Shown here: in pieces, positions 29,908-39,999 of the stretch
Numbering within the stretch: position 1 is the first letter of the stretch
Layout of the letters: each line of letters opens with the position of its first letter
Source of the DNA: Lingula anatina
Lineage: Eukaryota > Animalia > Brachiopoda
Reading direction: 5' to 3'
Length of the DNA stretch: 64,000 nt
NCBI GenBank assembly: GCA_051362555.1
Contig: CM120644.1
Span: 14,282,534 to 14,346,533 of the forward strand
Position numbers and translations under genes: made by a program
Notes under the pieces: generated by a model
Seen by the model: only the letters and a program-made list of their open reading frames with translations
What the model was told of the DNA's origin: nothing
The model's database searches: none

Positions 29908-30429
29908 GCACGTGATCTTTAATGAGCACACCCTAATGCTAGTTGTGTGTGAATTTGGTGACATTTGATGGCGTCTTTTTAATTTTATAGTCATTTCTTT
30001 ACATCTTTAGAAGTCACAGTGAAACAGTCGATTTGAGGGGGTACCTCTTATAAATTTTACTAAATGGTATAAAATATGTATATTTTCACCACTATTTTGT
30101 ATTTTTTAAACCATTAATCATGTTAGACACGGTATACGTAATAAAAAACACTATTTCTAACAATTAACAGCTGTTAGGTGATCATTTGTAAATAAAAGTA
30201 CATGGAAATGGGGGTGGGACAACCTTTTTGACCAATGCTGTATAAGGGTTGCTTTGCATTCTTTGCATTTGAAAAAGGGCACATACTTTAATAACATTAT
30301 TACAATAATCTATTTTAATTTTGATAAAAAACTTAATCAAAAACTTTATTGCAAATGTGTTATTTAAACTTTATGGATTAAATGGATTAATCTAAAATTT
30401 TAACTAAATGCGTGTTTTGTTTCTATATC

Positions 30430-30711
30430 AAGTGTACCCATGTCCACAAGTAGAAGCGGTGGATGGAAGCAGTGGTTCTGATGTTCTGGTTGTGACCAGT
30501 AGGCCTAAACCACAGCAGGGACTTAATTGCTATAAAGCAGACCGACATACATCTCTAAACAGATGGAACTTATATTGTCTTTCATTAAATAACATAGAGC
30601 TTTACATTTAAAGGCAAGACACACTTTGAGAAGGAGTAAGATGAAAATAACATGGGTTGGCATCCTAAAATATAATTTGAGTATGACTTATTGCCCTCTA
30701 TTCCTTTGGAA

Positions 30712-30786
<75 letters not shown>

Positions 30787-31700
30787 ACAAAAGGAACATG
30801 AACAATTTTATTTCTTAGAGGGGGGGGGGGGGGTACCTATTCAGCTGATAGCAGTGAAAATCCATGCCAAGTCTGGTCGATCAATGTAGACCTGTGGTGT
30901 CTATAGGAATGTGTCCTAAATCCCACCAAGTGTTGTTTTAGGAATTGTCGCACCACATACTTATGATGTCCGTGTTTCGATATATCCCATTTATTCATAG
31001 TTGATGGCAGAATGGACAGCCCAGGACATAGTGCACAATATTGCGCGAGCAGGGGATGTGTTGGAAGCAGAAGTTGTAAGGAAGAAAGAAACCAAGCTGA
31101 GTAGCTCTGTAATGGAGAAGGAAGGGTTGTCAGGGCTATGGATTTCCTGAAAAAAAAAAAAGGAATCAGTGCAACAGAAGTGGTCAAAGATGCCCTTGTT
31201 GCACACTTAAGTACAAAGTGCTGTTTAGGTCTTACTTTAATAATTAGAAAGCAAATTTAGTATGTGAAATGTATCTACATGTATGTGATTATTTACTTGC
31301 AATTCTTGCTATTTTTTTGTTATATCTCTCTATATATTTAGCTAAATTTTTCTTATTTCAGAAAAAAAAATGAATCGGGATAAAACATTCGTGGGACATT
31401 TGGCATGGGGCAAAAATCTTGGAAAGAAGATAATCACTGTGAGTAGATATGCATGAGAACAACACAAACTATTGCACCATTTTCCATATCTTCAGGTAGA
31501 AAAAATAAATGAGTTTTTTCCATCATGGACATTTTCCTTTTTAATAGAGTTATGCATTAAGAATTAAATAGCTGTCTTGCAATTTTATATTTTAGGCTGA
31601 ACAGACAAGGAGGACAAGAGATCTGGTTGCATGGACCAAAGGCATATTACACTATCACTTTTGGGAATGTGAGCAAGACCACAGATAATATTTGTTGAGA
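30430..31700 (+). pseudogene. Intron-containing DDE transposase relic, probably Kolobok superfamily
   Basis: Exon-like blocks with GT/AG borders: ~30430-30499 (SDVLVVT); 31001-31211 (DGRMDSPGHSAQYC...SSSVMEKEG...EVVKDA); 31362-31438 (IKHSWDIWHGAK/NLGKKII); 31596-~31700 (AWTKGILHYHFWEC). Frameshifted. Confidence 0.75.
30716..30784. repeat. (TA)n microsatellite
   Basis: Perfect TA run of ~69 bp. Confidence 0.98.
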
Positions 31701-33740
31701 TAATTCTGCAGTTTAGTGTTGTGTTTATTTATTTATTCACCATTTAGATATTGCTCCGGCATCTCAAACTTTTTTAAATCAACGGAAAGAATTCTTTTTT
31801 TTTTTTTTTTTTTGGTACTTTCGTTTGGCCTTTCTTCAGCACCGTTTATTTTTAGTAAAATACTTAGACGTTTAGTTGGGTATTGGAGAAAAATGGAATC
31901 CCCATTGTTGTTTATTTAGATGACGGTATTGTGTCTGAAAATTCTCTAGAAAAATATATTACATTTAAAACTACATTCTAAAAAAATTAAAATGGATCTG
32001 TTTAAAGCAGATTTTGTTTTAAACATTGAAAAAAGTAAATTAGAACCAGTCAACAAATTGGAATGGTTGGGGATTATTTGGGACATGGAAGTAAGGGGAT
32101 TGTTTATTCCCGAAAGAAGGCTTTCTACATGTACTAGTAATACTCTGTGTCTTTTAGACGAATTGGTTTCAGATTTACCGTATATAACAGCTATAAAATT
32201 GGCGAGGGTTACAGGTAAAATTATTTCTGTTTTATTATTATGTCTCCATTGATTGGAAATGTATCTAGATAAATAACTAGAGGAAGTATTGGGATTTTAA
32301 TATTAATATTAAAGACGAATGTCTTGCATTAAAGAATTAATTTTTGGAAAGACAATTTAGTTTTCTTTTTTTTTTTTTTTAAATGAGAAAAGTCTACGTG
32401 TACAAAGCTTGCCTAGTAAGTTAAAAACGGTCTATTCAGATGCCAGAAAACCCGGTTTGGGACCATTTGTTTTAAATACGAATAAGTTTTTCATATTTAA
32501 AGGGATTTAAAGTAGATGAATAATTGGTCATCTGTTTATAGAATTTAAAACTCACTTTCTTCGAAGGAGAGATAAACAGACGATCACTGGATCATTGATA
32601 TAATGGAGATGGCTTTGTTTATGTATTTCTTAGACCGATTTTGATGAATTTTTCAGGAACTGTACGAAGTGGGCCAAGGAAGAGATGATTATTTTTTGGT
32701 GGTGATCCGGATCAATAATCAATCAAAAATCAATAATAATAAAAAATCGCTGCCTTGGCGGAGGTCTACGCTCTAGTTATCAATGGGTTATCGATACAAC
32801 ATGCTGTAATGGAGTTCTGCAACATTGAAGGAAGGAATGGAAGAAATGGCCATTAGGATCACAATCATTGATCAATGACAGTTAACATGGACATGATTAT
32901 TGTCCAGGATGAACAGAGATTATGGGAACGATTGCTAGAGTTTTGTTTTCAAAAATTTTCTTTTTTTCCTTTTTCATGTTTTCTTGATAATGCTATCCTC
33001 CAAGACGTGGAGGTTACAAGCAATAAAAGTTTGAAGGCTTTAGCAGATTCATTACCAGATGTCATTTTGAAGTCAAGAGCAGACAACACAGTGAGATAAT
33101 ATTCTTTCGGCTTCCAAAAATGGCTTGAACGGTGTAATACGATCGGTGTGACCTCTTTCTTTACAGCGAAAGACTCGATTGTTGCTTTTTATCTTCAAAA
33201 TTTGTCACAAACTTGTAATTATTCTGCTGCGGTTTAGACATCTTTTTACACTTTAAAATGGTTTCATGGTACAGCCAACTGTAAGAAAAATCCGAAATTG
33301 CGAGTCAAAATTCGTTATTGCAGTGAAGGAAGCATCTCAGAGACGGAAAGATCATAGAGTAACAAAAAAGGAACCTGTAACTGCTAAGCACATTTCTCAA
33401 TTGGTTACTAATTTTATGAGTTCTGAAGTCACTTTGAAGGATCTCCGAGTACTTTCCGTTTGTTTGATTTCATATGCTGGATTCTAATGCAGGGACTAAA
33501 GACAGACTGTTTAAGAAACACGGTAGATGGCGATCTGAAAACACAAAATACGGTTATGTTAAGGATACTGTCGAAGAAAGATTATTAGTTTCTAAAAATT
33601 TGGGAATTTAATTTTTTTTACTTGTCTTCCTCTTTTTTTTGCTATTTCAAATGTTTTACTTCAGTTTGGCTTCTGTGGCAAGTACTACAAGTTTTAATTG
33701 TTGCTTTTTATTTATTTGAATCAAGAGTGAAGAGATTACA
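31700..33740 (+). mobile_element. DIRS/Ngaro-type tyrosine-recombinase retrotransposon relic (RT, partial RNase H, YR), internally deleted
   Basis: RT: LVLSFGLSSAPFIFSKILR, VVYLDDG (~31905-31927), FVLNIEKSKLEP..LEWLG. RNase H: VYSDA (~32430). YR: LKSRADNTVR, CLISYAGF, DRLFKKHGRWRSENTKYGYVKD...SKNLGI* (ends 33610). Confidence 0.9.
32560..32780 (+). mobile_element. Helentron/Helitron-like non-autonomous fragment inserted in the DIRS relic
   Basis: Interrupts the RNase H region. Contains accgattttgatgaatttt and the palindrome tgatccggatca (32703-32714), and ends in ccttggcggaggtctacgctCTAGtt, resembling the subterminal motif of animal HINE elements. Confidence 0.55.
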
Positions 33741-34274
33741 AATTATTTATGAAATTGAATAGATAAATAAGAACATAATATTAATTTGTTTCACATTGCG
33801 CTCCTTCACACACACCCCCTCCCTTCTCTTGGGTACTTTTCCTTCTCTCTGTAATGTTTACGATCTTTTGTGAATACGACCAGTGTTAAAAAAGGTAAAT
33901 TTATTAGTATCTCTAAAATCTTAAATTGATAACTTCAATAACTTCCCTTAATCATGGTTATTTTTATTTAACTTTGACCACGGACCCGCAGAATCTTCGA
34001 GCGGGCCAGTTTATGTCTATTACTTACAATCGACAGCCAGGGGGGCGTACAATACAATATATTTCATCCTACGCAAAGCTACTCCCCGAATGTATGAGCA
34101 TCATCATTTACTTGTTATACCTATCTTCATTGCTATTTTTAGTTTTTGATTTAATATAAACTAGTTGTCCTAGAAAAATATTATGTATGGTGACAAATAG
34201 GTCTACGCGGGTAATAGCCTTGTCACAATAGTAAAATAATATTCCATAATTTCGCCGTTCTTTGAGACCAATTT

Positions 34275-34545
34275 CCACAGCAACTCCTCAAATGTGCCAT
34301 GCACTGTACCAGTTGTAATTTGCATAAGAAAAAGTCGCGCATCGCAGTGCAAGCTATGCTCCTGGTTGGTCACTGGATAGCTAGACCCTGTAAGAAGACG
34401 ACCTGCATTCATTGGTGGTTGGAAGGGTATCACGTGATACGTCAAAAGATGCGCACGCACGTCAGTCATTTGACGTTTTGCCGTCGAAGAGTGAACATCG
34501 AAAGTGAGCTCCCGGCGACGTCTTCCTGAGTCTTCGTCCAGTAAA
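34275..34545 (+). promoter_or_regulatory. CpG-rich promoter-like block
   Basis: Octamer ATTTGCAT (34318-34325), ATTGG, perfect 14-bp E-box palindrome gtatcacgtgatac (34427-34440) and CRE-like acgtca/tgacgt, followed by possible donor sites and AT-rich DNA. Confidence 0.45.
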
Positions 34546-34971
34546 GCATTGGCGCAACTGTGTGCGATGCATTGTTTATTGGGGCATTTGCGTAACGTTA
34601 CGCCGACTTTGTTTCATTATGTATAAATGTATATAAATATAAATATGGATGCTACAAACTAATAATGAAACCCTTGAAAAAATGTGCAATTTAAGATCAA
34701 CAAACCGACGAGTAGAGTTGTAAAATGTCACCGTGGCATATGTATCACATCTCTGTCAGTGTGTAGGCCTACTATCCTATATACCTGTAGTGACTGTAGC
34801 TTGGGCAGAGTAAAATTTGCTGGCAATGTTGATTTGTTATTGACTTTAATTTTTCTGTGTATAATTGATAATTTCTTGTTTGAATAAGAATAATAATTAA
34901 CTCTAGAAATTAAAATAGTAAATTATGACAAGTTGATAATTCAGATAACTATAAGAAAGGGCATGTGACAA

Positions 34972-34973
<2 letters not shown>

Positions 34974-35019
<46 letters not shown>
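34974..35019. repeat. Poly-T tract
   Basis: Run of ~46 T. Confidence 0.95.
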
Positions 35020-35020
<1 letters not shown>

Positions 35021-36494
35021 TGGAAAGTAAGCTTGACCAAAGTTTAAGGCAAAGAAAATGTAAAATGACAAAATTATCATAAACAAATGGAAGAACTTTG
35101 ATATGATTATAAACTTTTTATTTCACATATTTCATAAAAACATAATTAACAGTATATTTTATTTCTTACATTTTTCTTATAAATTTTATAACTCATTTAA
35201 CTATTCACAAAATATTGAAATAATATAATAATACTTTTTAAATGATTTAAAAGGGTGACAACCTACAAATACATACATAGCACAGGCAAGACTGAAATCC
35301 TGATAGAATTCAGATTACTTTAAATTCGTCTTAGTCAGATTTTAATATCACTTTTTTTAAAACTATAAAATATGCCTTGAATTTCAAGTTAGTTTGCTAG
35401 ATGCGTACATTACTCAGAGTGAGAAATCATGGTAAATGCATATAATAAGAGACAGAAAATGTAATGTATTATCAACATTTACAAATCCTCATATCTGACA
35501 GAAATCACAATAAACGAAGTTTTTCCAAGATCTGCAGTATTTAATTTTCTCCAAGTTCATGAGACTTACTACTCACTTTACTTAATTAATCAAAACTTAA
35601 CTTACAAAAGATGAGGGGAATTCTCTATGCAGATAATACAATATTTGATATTGTGACAAACTACTAATTTAACATTTGATGACTGAGTAATTAAAAAGCA
35701 ATCATGTTTATTACAATGTCACACTCCATGAAGGCACAGATTTTGGAAATAACAAACATCATTCCTGTTATCTCAAGTCTCTAATTTCAGCTACAATCCA
35801 TAGGCGGTATCCCATTATGAGGTTATAAGCTGTTTCCATTCCCTGAAATTAAAAAGCAGTAAATGTTTTATATTTGATATTATTATTATTTAACTGGATA
35901 AGGCTTCAACTTTTTAGGTAACCTGTTACCATTATACTTAAATATGATTTCAATTTTTATGATATTAAGATTAAAATGAAAGTTTAGGCAAAACAAACAC
36001 AGAACATGTTTTTGTCAATGTTAACGAAATAGATGAGCAATGGAAACATAAGTCACAAGTTTACAACTATGGTATTCCGATGAATTACTTCTCACCTTTA
36101 TAGTGCACAGCATTTCAAAAATAAAAATTGTAGTCCATGCTGAAAAAGATATGAGACTTATCATCAGTATTTTAAAAAAAATGTTTATTTGATATGTACT
36201 TGAGCCAATTACTGTATGTGGCATAAAAGAGTGCTATTATATGGAGCTACAGTTGAGATATAATAGGCTCTTGTACATCATACACAGTGAATGACAAGTA
36301 GTTGTAACTGACTAATACCATGACTAGCCCTTCAACAGTTGTAGGAATGTGCTTGTATAGTGATCAATTTGCACATTATGCTTTAAAATACAGACAAGCA
36401 TGTAAGTGATATACAAGTGCAATTATGCTGTTGTTATACATGTAAATGCTGGCTGTGGGATAACCAAAACAGTACTTTGGCATGCACTATATAC

Positions 36495-37030
36495 AGCCTA
36501 TAATTCTCAAGATCCTGGGGTGCCATTGGGTGCCATAGGCTCTTTTTGCTAACCAATATCTAAGCAACATTTCTGACAATTTTGAAAATAATTGTCCGAT
36601 TGCTTTTTCAGATATTTGATTTGAAAGACGGGGTCTGCGTGATCCAAATTTCACTCAAACAAAAATGGCCGTAATTTGCCATGGCACTGCATTGTCTATA
36701 TATCCCAAGACCCAGGGGTGCTGTCAGTTGCAGGCTACATATTATGTAAAAAGGTACACGAAAAACGTCAGATTAAGATTTGGAAAAAATCTACCGTTTA
36801 CTTTTTCAGATATATGCTTTTTAATGAGGGAGTTTAACATTATAAAGACGCATTCCTACAAAAATGGTCGTAATTGGGTATGAAGGATTATACCGTCTAT
36901 ATCTCTAAAGATCCAGGGGTCCCATCGGGTGCCATCTGCACTTTTTGTCAACAAATAAATGAGCAACATTACTGAAAAGTTGGAAAAAAATCGTCCGAGT
37001 GCTTTTCGAGATATTTCACTTGAAAGAAGG
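36495..37030 (+). repeat. Diverged tandem repeat, ~200-bp unit, ~2.7 copies
   Basis: aagaYccWggggt recurs at ~36509, ~36707 and ~36908. The motif gaaaa..t.gtccga.tgctttt..agatat recurs with the same period. Confidence 0.8.
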
Positions 37031-37372
37031 CTTGTGGTGTGAAAACTTCAGTTTACAATTGTCAAACTACATATGAAGCTATGCCTAGTTTAAATTGTCA
37101 TAAAAACATATACAGACCAAACACTTGAAAATCACTTCACATGAGTTAAGTTGAGATGGTACTGATCGTTGTAAATAGTAAAATGCTTTTAAAATACCCA
37201 CCAAATTTATGTGCATGCCTCCTAAATAAACGATCCTCCCCGGTGCGTCGAACGTGCCATTTTGTTTACCTATAACGGAGTGTAAAATTCCTGCTTTTTT
37301 CATTGGCTCCCGAAAATCACATGATACCCTTCCACCCACCACTGACCTGCATTGAAAGTTTTCAAGTGGGTC

Positions 37373-37823
37373 GAGTCCATTCGATTTGAGGGGTGACAGG
37401 TGGGACGAGTCCATTCCATTTGAGGGGTGACAGGTGGGGCGAGTCCATTTCATCTTAGGGGTGACAGGTGGGGCGAGTCCATTTCATCCGAGGGGTGACA
37501 GGTGGGGCGAGTCCATTTCATCTTAGGGGTGACAGGTGGGGCGAGTCCATTCCATTTGAGGGGTGACAGGTGGGGCGAGTCCATTCGATTTGAGGGGTGA
37601 CAGGTGGGGCGAGTCCATTCCATTTGAGGGGTGACAGGTGGGACGAGTCCATTCGATTTAAGGGGTGACAGGTGGGACGAGTCCATTCGATTTAAGGGGT
37701 GACAGGTGGTACGAGTCCATTGGATTTGAGGGGTGACAGGTGGGGCGAGTCCATTCCATTTGAGGGGTGACAGGTGGGACAAGTCCATTCGATTTGAGGG
37801 GTGACAGGTGGGGCGAGCCCATT
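37373..37823 (+). repeat. 34-bp G-rich minisatellite, 13 units plus a partial unit
   Basis: Consensus gagtccattcSatttgaggggtgacaggtgggRc; units start at 37373, 37407, 37441, 37475 ... 37815. Confidence 0.97.
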
Positions 37824-39249
37824 TCTTTATATCAAAGGATCAATTTATTTTAATTATGATTTTAATGAGACATTTTCAAACATATCAGAATATGCAGTTC
37901 TAAGTTTTGGGTGGAGGAGCAAATTTCATTGTTCCCATTTCAAAAGTGTGTCAAGATCTCTTATATTTCCGTTTTAATTTAAAATTGAAGTGTTCGTCTG
38001 ATGAGATGGTCGTGAAATTTGAAACAATTTTCTCTAGCAAACCAAAAACCTTAGAATATGGACTTATATTAAATTAAGAAAATTTTATCTGGGAGGATGA
38101 ACTAATTTATAAATAGATATTAAAAAACCCGTCTCACTATAAAAAATGTAGGACAGATTTTTAAAAAAGCAATATCGTAAATTCATACAAATTGTATTTA
38201 TAAATGTGGGCTGTTGGAAATCCTGTAGATGTATTCTTAAAATGCTCTCAATTATTTACAAAATACTGGGCATATTAACAAAACTTTTAATCCTTTCGAT
38301 TTACGACATCCTCTGTTACTGGAGAAATCATCAATCCCAAACACAATGCTTACAGATCAGTTTTAGCAGATTTAATTAGAAAGTGCTCAAACAATAATAT
38401 CTTTACAATTTTACCCCTAACCCTCTTTTATTATTATTATTAATATTTTATCATCATTTCATATGGAAGTGAATAAGAAAACAAGGAATGACAAACGTAT
38501 TTATTCAATTTTAAAACAAAAGATGCATGGATGTGCGTAGGGTTCCAGAGGGTGAATGACAGGCTTGGTTGCCTGCAGCCAGGTGCCGTGCAGTTCTCAG
38601 TATCTCAGTGGACTTCTGAAATAAGAAAGTAATGTTAACAATATCTGACTTGTCCATAGTTCAGGCTCAGATAGCACCCCAAAAAAGCAATCGATTCTAT
38701 GTTGCCTAACGCCACATTTAAGACCTGAAGTTAGTAATAAAGATATTTCAGATATCTTGCTTTGAAAAAAAAAAATATTGAAAACACTCCTCTAGTTTGT
38801 GTAGGTTATCACTATTTATTTATTTTACCTACTATATAAAGTTGTAATATCTAAAATCGCTTTGCATCACGCGTTTGGGAACCATATTTCGCTTTAGAAT
38901 AAATCATTTCCCCGTGTTTCAACACTGCTTACAAGCATTTTACAGGTACATGTATAATAAAATTAACAAACCTACTAAAACTGACTATCGTTCATGGGGC
39001 ACGCTTGTCTTAGGATCAAAAGCTCGGAACTGTGACAAATACGGTACCATCATGTAAATATGTCCGTGATCTTTGTGGTAATATGCCCATTTACTAATTT
39101 GCTAAATAATATTTTGAGTGGCATAACAGAAACGACAGGCGACAGCGACAACAAAGAGTAGTAACATACCCGTAAATACTCGTCGCAAATTTCTTTGCAT
39201 TTTTCTACTCTCTTTCTATCAACTGACATACGATACTGAATAAAAAGTG

Positions 39250-39450
39250 CTACTTACGAAACATGCATTTGCTTCTACGCCTCATACGACTGCGTTGCGA
39301 CTGCACCCGCACGTTGAACATTGCGTCTTCACCTAGCTGTGTCCTACTGCCTACTGAGCATTCGGAAATACAGCTCGCACTACGATGAGCAAGTAACTGT
39401 TATGCAAATTACAGACAGGCATGGCTCATTTCAGGCGAGGGACTGTGGTT
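39250..39450 (-). promoter_or_regulatory. Second promoter-like block, inverted homolog of 34275-34355
   Basis: Octamer at 39402-39409 lies within a segment that aligns with 34275-34355. A CpG-rich stretch follows, then a GTAAGT donor (minus strand, 39257-39252). Confidence 0.45.
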
Positions 39451-39487
39451 GAAACTGTTCACGAATGTTCACGGTCTAATACATGTA

Positions 39488-39763
39488 CATGGCGGATAAA
39501 GAGGGAGTGTCAGGGGGGATCCAGACCCCCTCCTCCCTTCGATTTCTGATAAAAAAATTACACCCAAAATCTATAGCTGAATAATAGTTATAAACCGTAT
39601 CAAATGGAGATATTTTCCCTCTAAAACACCCTTTTTCGTGGCCCTCGAGCGTGCCCCAGACATAACTCCAAAGGGGTGAGGGTCGGCCTTGCACTCCGAG
39701 GCCTTGTCAATCCGTAAAAAAAAAACACCACCACCCTTCCAAAAAATCCTGGATCCGCCCCAG
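39488..39763. mobile_element. PIF/Harbinger-like MITE
   Basis: Imperfect TIRs catggcggat... and ...tcctggatccgccccag, an internal ggggg-atccaga-ccccc hairpin, and atgtacat at both boundaries. Confidence 0.65.
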
Positions 39764-39999
39764 ATGTACATGTGGATTTGACTTATTCATTCACACATTA
39801 ATTGATCAATAAGACCACGGGCGCTAATATACATGTTTATTCCATAATACTGTAAAATGTATTCATAAATTACTGTTGTACGCGCACCGATACTCCCCCT
39901 CGTCGTTATACAATTTTCATACATAACTGTCATTGTAACTCAACGATATTATATTTAAAATAGGCCATGTAAATTTGAAAAGCTGTCGCTAGGATCGAG

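Larger units (their letters stand above)
28574..30240. mobile_element. Non-autonomous Tc1/mariner element with ~700-bp inverted arms, each arm a transposase 3' half
   Basis: Ends are TA|CAGCATTGGTCAAAAAGGTTGTCCCACCCCC and GGGGGTGGGACAACCTTTTTGACCAATGCTG|TA, with TA TSD at 28572-73 and 30241-42. Arms lie at ~28574-29280 and ~29540-30240. Confidence 0.95.

Noticed and set aside
34300-34600. snRNA gene driven by the octamer element
   Set aside because: No U1, U2, U4, U5, U6 or 7SK-like sequence is recognisable downstream of either octamer.
37373-37823. CRISPR-like array (34-bp repeats)
   Set aside because: The units are directly adjacent with no unique spacers, there are no cas genes, and the context is eukaryotic.
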